This document shows positions 48,693 to 58,001 of a stretch of DNA of 64,000 nt, one piece after another (the stretch's first letter is position 1; every line of letters starts with the position of its first letter). The position numbers and the translations under genes were made by a program. Below the pieces are notes generated by a model, which was given only the letters and a program-made list of their open reading frames with translations, was not told the origin of the DNA and did no database searches. This stretch comes from Opitutia bacterium. Its GTDB lineage: Bacteria > Verrucomicrobiota > Verrucomicrobiia > Opitutales > T3Sed10-336. Where the stretch lies: the NCBI GenBank assembly GCA_050506795.1, contig JBJHCF010000003.1:128001-192000 (forward strand), read 5' to 3'.

Positions 48693-49124
48693 ATGAATAC
48701 AATCGAAAATCTAACCTTTTCGCTTCAGACGGTGGCCGTCCTGCAGTTGGGTGTCGCCATTATCAATCTGAGACTTGTCAGAATTCTTCACTGGGAGGAG
48801 GAAGTGAAAAACATGAGCCTGCTCCTCCGCCAGGTCTTTCAGATCCATGGCTGGTATATTTCTCTGACGATGGCGATCTTTGCGGTGCTGACCTGGCGGT
48901 TCGCCGGCGAGATGGCGATTGGCGCCCACCCCGCCCTGCAGTGGCTTTGCGGGTCGATCGCGCTCTTTTGGGGATCGCGGGTCATTCTCCAGTTCGTTCA
49001 CTACAGCCCGAGTCACTGGAAAGGCCGCCCTGGACGAACGGTGATTCATTGCCTGTTGATCCTGACCTATACCGGTTTCACCATCACCTATTTGCTCGGG
49101 GCAATTGCGATCGCCACGGGCTAG
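48693..49124 (+). CDS. Hypothetical four-helix membrane protein resembling the upstream gene
   Basis: Same layout (L.W.E, LL..F, FW..R...Q). Confidence 0.7.
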   Translation: MNTIENLTFSLQTVAVLQLGVAIINLRLVRILHWEEEVKNMSLLLRQVFQIHGWYISLTMAIFAVLTWRFAGEMAIGAHPALQWLCGSIALFWGSRVILQFVHYSPSHWKGRPGRTVIHCLLILTYTGFTITYLLGAIAIATG

Positions 49125-49128
49125 GAAC

Positions 49129-49275
49129 ATGAAAACGACCTGTGAGGCCCCTCCGACAATTTCTGAAGACGCTCGCGCCACATTCCTGGAGTGGGAGGGG
49201 CGGCCCATCCTTTTCGCGGACTGGAAACCGGCGCTGTTCGTTCACTTCGCGGTCGAGCCGAGGCTTCTCCAACCG
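49129..49275 (+). pseudogene. Truncated DUF2071/YqjF-family gene (N-terminus only)
   Basis: ADWKPALFVHFAVEPRLLQP resembles the YqjF N-terminus; the frame then runs into the direct-repeat copy. Confidence 0.6.
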
Positions 49276-49650
49276 CCCGACAAACCACGCACGCCCCCAA
49301 AACCGGAACCAAGCTTCACCACGAAGGAGTGCTTCCGTGTGACCCAGTTCTCATCGAGCAAGACTCGCCCCTATGCGCCTCCTTACTCGCTCCGAAGCTT
49401 CTTCCGTCCGCGAAGCCGCCTTGCTCCAATCCATAGTGCACAAAAGGTGGCTATAAAGGTCGCGCTCGTTGCCGGTTCGGGGATAATGGTAATACTGTGA
49501 AATGTCAGGCTGGTTTCGGGAAGAATCCTGCTATTGAATCAACTCCGCGGGTGCGTCCGGAATGGGTTCCATGCGGCGGTGGCGTCAGTCATCAATCCTT
49601 CGGGGAACAATTGGATTAGCGTGAATGGGATTCGGTTAATCGGTTGATTG

Positions 49651-49828
49651 TTTGAGAAACCGAATCGAAATCGAAATCGATCCTCTGCTCGCCGCCGGTG
49701 CGGGGCAGGATGCCCGCGCTCGTGTGCCGGCGGCCATTGGGGAGCATGGCCGCCCTCCAGGGGAACGGCCGATGCGATCAAGCTAAGCTCCTTTGATCCA
49801 CCACCTTAACCGAGTGCCATTCGGATTA
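49651..49828 (+). repeat. ~170-bp dispersed repeat (MITE/REP-like), inverted relative to the copy at 51919-52078
   Basis: Shared blocks aaaccgaatcgaaatcg, ggatgcccgcgctc, gccggcggccat, gggagcatggcc, gccgatgcg, gatccacca. Confidence 0.75.
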
Positions 49829-49860
49829 CAGTGCGCTCGGAAAGATTTACATCGTCACTG

Positions 49861-50841
49861 CTACTGGATCTCGCGAATTCGTTGCGACCATTCCCGGGGA
49901 GTGATGATCGGATCGCTGCGGTCGTTGATGCGAAAGCGTTCCCGGGCCTCCTCTCGCGCGCCGTTGAAGTCGAGGAGATCGTGTTCGTGAAGCACGTTGT
50001 CGGCGAGTCCGGGGAAGAGGATTCGGAGGTCGTTTCGCAGCGGGCGGGCGGTCAGTTTGTTGACGTGGAGGAGAATGTTGGTCACGCAGTTGTTGGTGAC
50101 GGAGTTGTAGTACTCGGGGTGCCGCGACAGGTGGTCAGCGCGTTCAATCATGGAGCGAAAGAGAGCCCGGGCGTTTTCCGGGGCGGTCCGAATCGGGTAA
50201 AGGTAAACCGGATTCCGGCGCACGTTCGTACGCTCGCCGATCAGGTCGGTTTCTCGCCCGATTACGTAGATCAGTTCATAGTTTCGGAACAGGCCGGGAA
50301 GTGGGTGGTAGGATTGACCTGCCGGTCGCCTGGCCTCGACCGAGATTGCCAGGTGTCTGCCGTCGGAGAAGGCAAACGTTAGAAATCCGTGCGCCACTAG
50401 GCCTCTGGGCGAGAGGATTTCGTGCACGAAATCGACCCGTTCGATTTCGTCGATCGGGAAGGCATCCGATTCCCAGTTGCGCAATGTTATCTGGCCGTCC
50501 TCGCCAAACGTCCGGTTGCGGATGTTTTCGATGATGACGGTTTCGTCAATGAACGAGACCCGCACCGCGTTCTCCTGGTCAGGGATCCAGGCGCGCGCGG
50601 CGCTCGGGGCGCGGGTGAAGTGGATCGTGCCGATCACGACAATCCCGGCTGCGGTGGCGCCGATCCAGAGGGAATCGAAGCGCCTGTGGAACCCTCCGCC
50701 TGCAACCGCGAGCGCCCAGAGCGATGCCAGGAGGACGCCGGCCGTCAGAGGTAATGCCGGGGAAAGGACAGTGGCGAGGCACGACCAGAGGAAGAACGGA
50801 GCGAGACTCCCCGCAAATATCAGATTGGTTCTGCGAGCCAT
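49861..50841 (-). CDS. DUF4105 (Lnb N-terminal-like) domain membrane protein
   Basis: IENIRN, AHGFLTFAF, AISVEAR, YELIYVIG.E.D, YNSVTNNCVTN. Confidence 0.85.
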   Translation of the reverse strand: MARRTNLIFAGSLAPFFLWSCLATVLSPALPLTAGVLLASLWALAVAGGGFHRRFDSLWIGATAAGIVVIGTIHFTRAPSAARAWIPDQENAVRVSFIDETVIIENIRNRTFGEDGQITLRNWESDAFPIDEIERVDFVHEILSPRGLVAHGFLTFAFSDGRHLAISVEARRPAGQSYHPLPGLFRNYELIYVIGRETDLIGERTNVRRNPVYLYPIRTAPENARALFRSMIERADHLSRHPEYYNSVTNNCVTNILLHVNKLTARPLRNDLRILFPGLADNVLHEHDLLDFNGAREEARERFRINDRSDPIITPREWSQRIREIQ

Positions 50842-51143
50842 CTTGGTTGAATCCTGACGGCCCCGGCTGCACGAGTGAAGCCGGAAATCAATTGCCCGGC
50901 GATTCATCATGTCGATTTTCGGAATGGCTCCCTTTGGCGATCATCGAAATCCGGAGGAGGCGTGGGAGGTCATACCGTCGGCGGTCGAACTCGGTGAATC
51001 CGGATCGCAGCCCACACTTGAAGGACGCCTTGTACGGCGGTTCGAGGTTCCATTTGAAGGTTCCTGGTATGAGCTTGCCGAGTTCAACATGGCGCACGCT
51101 CACTTGCTCGTTAAGTACGACGAAATTCGATGGCGAGCCGAGG

Positions 51144-51801
51144 AAACCCGCCCTGGGTGCCTACGGCGACGGGACGGCTATCACTCCGGAGATGGATCGG
51201 CTGGCCGCGATGGGCATGCGTTTCGAGTCGGCGTATTCGAATCAGGCGGTATGCGCTCCGTCCCGCTACAGCCTGATGCTGGGAAGCCGCTCCACGTCGA
51301 CCGGGATCTACGATTTCGGCAGGAACTTTCGGGATTTTTATCCGCATGCGATCACGCTTCCCCAGCAATTCATGCATCACGGATATCATGCCGAAGCGAT
51401 GGGCAAGGTGTACCATATCGGTCACAATACTTACAATGACGACGCTCCTCGAATTGGCCGGAGTGCCGATGCGTGAGACCTCGCAACCGATCGACGGCGT
51501 CAGCTTGGTTCCGGTCCTGCGGGATCCCGAGGCCCGGGTGCGTGACTACGCTTATCACTGCTTCGGACACGGGGGACGTATGGGGCGCGCGATCCGGACG
51601 GCCGACTACCGTCTCGTCGAATGGAAGCGAATCGGCGAAGCGCCGGAAACCGCGGATATCGAGCTTTACGAATACGGCGAAGGTCCGGTCGAGCGCCGGA
51701 ATATCGCCGACGAAAAACCTGAAGTCGTGGCCGAATTGCGCGCGATACTGGATCGCCATCCGGAAGCGAGGCACGTCAGACCGGAGAGCGCGTGGCGGTG
51801 A
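51144..51801 (+). pseudogene. Sulfatase (iduronate-2-sulfatase-like) pseudogene with missing start and large internal deletion
   Basis: LGAYGD...TPEMDRLA, QAVCAPSR active-site motif, GKVYH; then a frame jump at ~51440 directly to the C-terminal TLLELAG..IDGVSLVP..IRTADYR..ELY segment. Confidence 0.8.
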
Positions 51802-51918
51802 GTGAGCCGGCGGCCGCGTGAGAAGTGCGGACGTTTATTGTTTTTTGAAAACCACTAATTAAAGATCGATTTTGCTTCGGAGTCATCCCGCAAGGCGAGA
51901 TGCCACGACCGAGGACCT

Positions 51919-52078
51919 TAACCGGATTAGTACTTGTTTAAGATGGTGGATCGAAGGCGTGTATCTAAACGCATCGGCTGTTCCGCTGGAGGGCCATGCT
52001 CCCGCATGGCCGCCGGCTTGGGAGCGCGGGCATCCAGGAAGCAGAGACGCGATTCCGATTTCGATTCGGTTTATCAAA
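51919..52078 (-). repeat. Second, inverted copy of the ~170-bp dispersed repeat
   Basis: Reverse complement aligns with 49651-49828. Confidence 0.75.
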
Positions 52079-52135
52079 TGATGAACTCGCTTGACTGAGT
52101 GGCATTCGCCTTAACCGAGTGGCATGCGGGCTACA

Positions 52136-54808
52136 CTAGGTTCGCGAGTTCCATGCTTGCAGGACGGCCGCCAGTTTCTCCGGATGTTTGCCCCCGCCCA
52201 TGGCGAAGTCGGGTTTGCCGCCGCCTTTGCCGCCGAGTTGGGGGGCGAGTTCCCGGATAATGTCGCCGGCGCGGTGACCCGCCTTGACGGCCTCCTTGGA
52301 GGCGAAGGCGACCAGAGTGGTTTTTTCGCCGAAGGCTGCGCCGAGAACAACGATGCCTTCCCGGAGTTCGCCGAGGACCTGCATGCCCAAAGAGCGGAGT
52401 TCGTCCGGCGAGCCGGCGTCCACTTTGGCGGACACGGTTTTGAGACCGTTGCGATCATTTGCACCGGCGGCCAGATCGCCGGCCTGGGCGGCGGCTTCAC
52501 GTTGACGATTCCTGCGGACTTCCTTTTCGAGGCTTTCGGTTTCGGCGCGAAGGTGTTCCAGTCGGGATTCGAGTTCGTCCGGCCGGCAGGAGAGACGACG
52601 GGAGAGGTTCTGTAACAGGGCGTGACTTTCACTCAGGAGCTGCCAGGCGGGGTCGCCGGCTACGGCTTCCAGTCGCCGGGTGCCGGCGGCGATGCCGCTT
52701 TCGGCGGTGATCTTGAACGGACCGATCTCGCCGGTGGCGCCCACATGAGTGCCGCCGCAAAGCTCTTTGGAATAACCGCCGATATCGACCACCCGCACGC
52801 GTTCGCCGTATTTTTCCCCGAAAAAGGCGATGATGTCGTCGGGTTTGTCGGCGAAGTCGATCTCATAGGCCTGCACCGGACTGTTCCCGAGGATGCATCG
52901 ATTCACGATCGATTCGATCTCGCGAATCTGCTCCGGGGTCACCGGCTCGAAATGGGAGAAGTCGAAGCGCAGCCGGTCGGGAGCGACCAGCGAGCCGGCC
53001 TGGTGGACGTGCGTGCCGACGATATTCCGCAGGGCGTGATGGAGCAGGTGGGTGGCGGAGTGGTGCCTCTCGATGGCTCGGCGCCGGTCGAGATCGAGGT
53101 TGACTTGGGCGCGTTGACCGGCGAGATCAGCGGGGACCTCGGAATCGGCGCGGTGAAGGAATCGTCCGGCCGAATCCTTGCGGGTGTCCGTGAGCCGCAG
53201 GGTGAGATTGCCGGCGCGCAGGGTTCCGATGTCGCCGAGCTGTCCCCCCATTTCGGCGTAGAAAGGCGTTTGATCGAAGACCAGCCAGGTTTCTCCGTCC
53301 TGCCGGATTACGTCGACCACGTTGACCTCGAACGGGCCGGCGGAATCGATTTCGTAGCCGGTGAACGGGGTGGCGCCGGCGGAGTCGTCGCCGGTGGCCA
53401 CTTTGATTTCGGTTTTCTTCTGGGCGGCGCGGGCGCGTTTCCGCTGTTGGTCCATTTCCGCTTCAAATCCCGCCGTGTCCACGGCCAGGCCGCGTTCGCG
53501 CGCCAGGATCTGGGTCAGATCGAGGGGGAACCCGTAGGTGTCGTAGAGCGTAAAGGCGTCGCGACCGGAGATGGTTCCGTCCGCCTGGTCGGCGATGCCC
53601 TGGAAAAGCTGCATGCCGCGATCGAGGGTGCGGCTGAAGGTATCCTCTTCGGCCCGAATAACCTTGCGGATGACTTCCTCCTGCCGCCGCAGTTCGGGGA
53701 AGGTTTCGCCCAGTTTGTCCACCACCGGGTCGATCAGTTTTTCGAAGAAACCGGCCTCCATTCCAAGTCGCCGGCCGAAGTGGACGGCCCGGCGGAGGAT
53801 GCGGCGCAGCACGTAGTTGCGCCCCTCGTTGCCGGGAAGGATGCCGTCGGCGATGGAGCAGGAGAGGGTGCGAATGTGGTCGGCCAGGACGCGGAAGGCG
53901 ACGTCGTCGGACTCCTGTTCGGAAAGGCCGCCCTCGCGCGATTCGGGCAGGGTTCCCAGGTAACGTTTGCCTGAGAGATCGACGATTCGTTCGAAGATCG
54001 AGGTGAAAAGATCGCTTTCGTAGTTGGAGGGGGGCCGGGAAAAATCGGTGAAGTTTTTGGTGGCGGCGAGAATTCCCGCGATGCGCTCGAACCCCATGCC
54101 GGTGTCCACGTGTTTGGCGGCCAGCGGGGTGAAGTTGCCCTGGCTGTCGGCGTTGAATTGAATGAAGACCAGGTTCCAGATCTCCATGCACCAGGGGGAG
54201 TCCTGATTGACCAGTTCGCCGCCGGTGTCGCCGCCGGGGGTGAGGTCGATGTGGATTTCGCTGCACGGCCCGCAGGGGCCGGTGTCGCCCATCATCCAGA
54301 AGTTGTCGGCCTTGTTGCCGTACCGAATATGGACCTCCGGGTTCAGTCCGGCGGCGGTGAAAATGGCCTTCCAGTGATCGTAGGCTTCCTGGTCGAAATC
54401 GGCGGGATCGCCGGGGCCGGGTTTATAGACTGTGGCGTAGAGGCGTTCCTTGGGGAATCCCCAACCTTCGGTGAGCAGTTCCCAGGCCCAGGCAATCGCT
54501 TCCGCTTTAAAGTAGTCCCCGAACGACCAGTTCCCCAGCATCTCGAAGAAGGTGTGGTGGTAACTGTCGAACCCGACATCCTCCAGGTCGTTGTGTTTTC
54601 CCCCGGCGCGGATGCATTTCTGGGTGTCGGCCACCCGTGGATCCGGAGCGGTGCGCTCGCCCAGGAAATAGGGCACGAACGGATTCATTCCGGCGTTGGT
54701 GAACAGGAGGTTGGGGGCCGTCGGCAGCAGGGACGCCGAAGGCACGATCTTGTGTCCGCGGGCCGCGAAGAAATCGAGAAAGGATTGGCGGATTTCCTGG
54801 GAAGTCAT
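52136..54808 (-). CDS. alaS: Alanine--tRNA ligase
   Basis: LLFTNAGM, QKCIRAGGKHNDL, HHTFFEMLGNWSFGDYFK, HSATHLLH, ELCGGTHV, GGKGGG. Confidence 0.98.
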   Translation of the reverse strand: MTSQEIRQSFLDFFAARGHKIVPSASLLPTAPNLLFTNAGMNPFVPYFLGERTAPDPRVADTQKCIRAGGKHNDLEDVGFDSYHHTFFEMLGNWSFGDYFKAEAIAWAWELLTEGWGFPKERLYATVYKPGPGDPADFDQEAYDHWKAIFTAAGLNPEVHIRYGNKADNFWMMGDTGPCGPCSEIHIDLTPGGDTGGELVNQDSPWCMEIWNLVFIQFNADSQGNFTPLAAKHVDTGMGFERIAGILAATKNFTDFSRPPSNYESDLFTSIFERIVDLSGKRYLGTLPESREGGLSEQESDDVAFRVLADHIRTLSCSIADGILPGNEGRNYVLRRILRRAVHFGRRLGMEAGFFEKLIDPVVDKLGETFPELRRQEEVIRKVIRAEEDTFSRTLDRGMQLFQGIADQADGTISGRDAFTLYDTYGFPLDLTQILARERGLAVDTAGFEAEMDQQRKRARAAQKKTEIKVATGDDSAGATPFTGYEIDSAGPFEVNVVDVIRQDGETWLVFDQTPFYAEMGGQLGDIGTLRAGNLTLRLTDTRKDSAGRFLHRADSEVPADLAGQRAQVNLDLDRRRAIERHHSATHLLHHALRNIVGTHVHQAGSLVAPDRLRFDFSHFEPVTPEQIREIESIVNRCILGNSPVQAYEIDFADKPDDIIAFFGEKYGERVRVVDIGGYSKELCGGTHVGATGEIGPFKITAESGIAAGTRRLEAVAGDPAWQLLSESHALLQNLSRRLSCRPDELESRLEHLRAETESLEKEVRRNRQREAAAQAGDLAAGANDRNGLKTVSAKVDAGSPDELRSLGMQVLGELREGIVVLGAAFGEKTTLVAFASKEAVKAGHRAGDIIRELAPQLGGKGGGKPDFAMGGGKHPEKLAAVLQAWNSRT

Positions 54809-54809
54809 T

Positions 54810-55910
54810 TTAAAGGTTCCGGATTATCGCTTCACCCATTTCGCGGGTGCCGACACTTTGGCCCCCGAAGGCGATGTCGCCGGTGCGGGTGCCGGAGGTT
54901 ACGGTTTTCCGCACCGCGGCTTCGATGCGGTCGGCCAGGGCTTCGAGTCCGAAACTGAAACGCAGCATCATGGCGGCGGAAAGGACCTGGGCGCAGGGAT
55001 TGGCCAGGTTTTTGCCGGCGATATCGGGAGCGGTTCCCCCGGCGGGTTCGTAGAGACCGAAGCGGTGCCCGTGACGATTGCTTCCGGTACCCAGGCTGGC
55101 GGAGGACAACATTCCGAGTGAGCCGCACACCACGGCCATTTCGTCGGAAAGAATGTCGCCGAACATGTTTTCAGTCAGAATGACATCGAACTGGTTCGGA
55201 TCGCGCGCCAGTTGCATGGCGGCATTATCCACGTACATGTGGGTCAGTTCGATCTCCGGGGCCTTGGCCGCCAGGTAGTCGGTTACTGTTTGCCGCCAGA
55301 GGACCGAGGTTTCCAGGACGTTGGCTTTGTCCACCGAGCAAATCCGGTTTTTGCGTCCGCGGGCGGTGGTTATGGCGACCTCGGTGATGCGTTCGACTTC
55401 GCTCTGGCGGTAAACCATGGTGTCGATGGCCTCCCGGTCGCCGTCGGGCAAATCCCTGGTGGCCTTGGGCTGACCGAAATAGATGCCGCCGGTAAGTTCG
55501 CGAATGCAGACCAGGTCGATGCCGTCGGGAATTCTTTCCTTTTTCAGCGGAGAGGCGTCCACCAGTTCCGGGTAAAGCAAACCCGGGCGGATGTTGGCAA
55601 AAAGGGAGAAATGTTTCCTCAGCGGCAGCAGGGCGGCGCGTTCCGGCTGTTCTTTGGGGGGAAGGGACTCCCATTTCGGGCCGCCGACGGAGCCGAACAG
55701 AATGGCGTCGCTTTGGGTGCAGGTCTCAAGGGTTTCCGCCGGGAGAGCGCTGCCATGACGATCGATGGCGATGCCGCCGGCGTCGGCTTCTGACGCTTCC
55801 AGTCGAAGGCCTTCTGACTCGGCGGCGCGTTCCAGGACGGCCAGGGCGACCGCCATAACTTCAGGTCCGATCCCGTCTCCGGGCAATACGGCGAATTTGA
55901 GCGTATCCAT
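54810..55910 (-). CDS. leuB: 3-isopropylmalate dehydrogenase
   Basis: [54 protein letters not shown]. Confidence 0.97.
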   Translation of the reverse strand: MDTLKFAVLPGDGIGPEVMAVALAVLERAAESEGLRLEASEADAGGIAIDRHGSALPAETLETCTQSDAILFGSVGGPKWESLPPKEQPERAALLPLRKHFSLFANIRPGLLYPELVDASPLKKERIPDGIDLVCIRELTGGIYFGQPKATRDLPDGDREAIDTMVYRQSEVERITEVAITTARGRKNRICSVDKANVLETSVLWRQTVTDYLAAKAPEIELTHMYVDNAAMQLARDPNQFDVILTENMFGDILSDEMAVVCGSLGMLSSASLGTGSNRHGHRFGLYEPAGGTAPDIAGKNLANPCAQVLSAAMMLRFSFGLEALADRIEAAVRKTVTSGTRTGDIAFGGQSVGTREMGEAIIRNL

Positions 55911-56053
55911 AAAGGATTGAATTATATGCGCCGGGATGGATTGGGTTTAAAGGAAATTTTTCCGGCAAAGAATTCGTTCGATGATTCTTGATGGCGGCGA
56001 TTTGGCCGTTAGGCTCTCGCTTTAGGTTGTTTTTTTTCGTGGATGACTCTTTG

Positions 56054-57973
56054 ATGCCTGGAATGAGCGGTTTATTTAAGCGTGGTGTGTCGATTTGGGC
56101 CTGCGGAGCTTTTGTCCTTGCCGGTTGCCAACACACCCAGGACCGCGGTGACGATCCTTCCCGGGGAGGGGATCGGGCGATGGGCCAGCGGGTGAGCGAC
56201 CGGTACGACGATGAGATCCGCGAAGTGCTCTCGCTGGTGAGGCGTAACGAGTGGGATGCGGCTCAGGCGCAGGCGGCGGCACTGCATGCGCTCGATCCGG
56301 AAGATCCCGAGATCGAAAGGATTCACAACTGGGTGGTAATGGAGAACCAGCGGCGCCAGCAAAAGGCGCTGGAGGAGGAACTCCGCGATATTGAAGCACA
56401 GGATTCCCGGTTTTCTCCCAGTGTGAGGAACATTCTTTTCGACCGGCGTTCGCGCGGATTGAGCCTGCCGACCGATCTCCGCAACACTCTGGACGAACTC
56501 AGCCGCCAGCCCCTGGTGCCGTCATCCTTTAACCGGGTGATTGAGCGTCAGGGTCCATTATATGACTTTGATCGCGCTCCCCGCGCCATGGAGGAAGTCC
56601 TCGGTAGAAAGGTGAGCATTCAGTTGGATAATGTAACCCTCGAAGAAATCATCTTCACCATGGGGCGATCGGAGAACATCAATTTTGTCGCCGACCGCAA
56701 CCTGGCCGCGTTCGCGCAGACGCTGAGTGTTCGCATGGAAGACGTGTCGATGTCCGAGTTTCTCGATTACGTCTCCCGTAATTTCGACATCCACTTCCAC
56801 GTGGGACCGAATCTGGTCTGGATCGTTGACGGCGCAGCCAACACGAATCGCCTCGAGGAAACGCGTTTTTACCGCCTTCGCCGGGGGTTCATTATGCCGG
56901 CGGAATTCGGGGCTGCCGAAATACGGCGGGAAACCCGGGGTCGGGGTGACGACCAGGTCACCATCGAAACCCAGCAAATCGAGAAGTTCGTCCGGGACAA
57001 CGCCCCCAACGAGCCGGCCATCCAGCAGGCGATCGAAAGGTTTTTCCAGGGGTCGGATTACATGATTGATTTTGAGCGAAACCTGATCGTGGCCACCGGC
57101 ACCCCGTTGCAGCTAAGAACCCTGGAGCGGATAATCGAGCAGTTCGATCAACCGGTTCAACAGGTTTTGATCGAGGCCCGTTTTGTCACCGTTACCGAGG
57201 CCGCCTTTCTGCAACTGGGTACGATCTGGGAAACCACCGGCGACCCTCGCGCCGACCGGAGAACCCCGGAAGACTTCACCGGCTTTGGCACCGACGTCGG
57301 TCGCGGATTGGCGAGGACGTTCACCAACGTGTTGTCGGTTCGGAACCTAAACGCAACCTTGACCGCGCTGGAACAAAGCGGGGAGAGCCAGACGCTCAGT
57401 TCCCCCCGCCTGACGGTGGTCAATAACCGGCCCGCCACCATTTCCGACGGCAAACGGCAGTTTTATTATGAAGAGTACGAGGTGTCGCAACAGATCCTGG
57501 AGCGGCGGTCGAGTTCCACGCTGGTTCCCAAGGGCCGGCCGACCGAATTGCGTTCGGGCGTTTCCCTCGATGTTCTGGCCAGCATCGGAGGTGACGGGGA
57601 AAGTATAATGCTGGCTTTGAATCCGAAGGTGAAGCAGGACGTTGAGCTCGTGACTTTTGCCACGGTGAGTGACTTTGATGAGTTTGGCAACGTGATCAAG
57701 GACTTCGAAATTCGCCTGCCGGAATCGCGGGACCAGGAACTGTCCACCCGGGTGGTCGTCCGCTCCGGTGAGACCGTTGTGATGGGTGGAGTCATGGAAA
57801 ATGTGCAAACCACCTTCACCGAGGCGGTGCCGATTTTGGGAAATCTGCCGATTATCGGCGCGGCGTTCCGGCGGCAGACTGAATTCGAGCAGCCGCGGTA
57901 CCTCCTAATTTTTGTGACTGCCACTCTGCTCTCCGAGAGCGGTGAATTCATTCAGCAGACTTCCCTGTGGTAG
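56054..57973 (+). CDS. Secretin (GspD/PilQ family), lipoprotein signal
   Basis: LAGC lipobox; QVLIEARFV, SSPRLTVVNN, GETVVMGG, VPILGNLPIIGAAFR, LLIFVTA. Confidence 0.9.
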   Translation: MPGMSGLFKRGVSIWACGAFVLAGCQHTQDRGDDPSRGGDRAMGQRVSDRYDDEIREVLSLVRRNEWDAAQAQAAALHALDPEDPEIERIHNWVVMENQRRQQKALEEELRDIEAQDSRFSPSVRNILFDRRSRGLSLPTDLRNTLDELSRQPLVPSSFNRVIERQGPLYDFDRAPRAMEEVLGRKVSIQLDNVTLEEIIFTMGRSENINFVADRNLAAFAQTLSVRMEDVSMSEFLDYVSRNFDIHFHVGPNLVWIVDGAANTNRLEETRFYRLRRGFIMPAEFGAAEIRRETRGRGDDQVTIETQQIEKFVRDNAPNEPAIQQAIERFFQGSDYMIDFERNLIVATGTPLQLRTLERIIEQFDQPVQQVLIEARFVTVTEAAFLQLGTIWETTGDPRADRRTPEDFTGFGTDVGRGLARTFTNVLSVRNLNATLTALEQSGESQTLSSPRLTVVNNRPATISDGKRQFYYEEYEVSQQILERRSSSTLVPKGRPTELRSGVSLDVLASIGGDGESIMLALNPKVKQDVELVTFATVSDFDEFGNVIKDFEIRLPESRDQELSTRVVVRSGETVVMGGVMENVQTTFTEAVPILGNLPIIGAAFRRQTEFEQPRYLLIFVTATLLSESGEFIQQTSLW

Positions 57974-58001
57974 GCCGGGGAAGGGGCGGCAGCTTTTAAG
58001 G

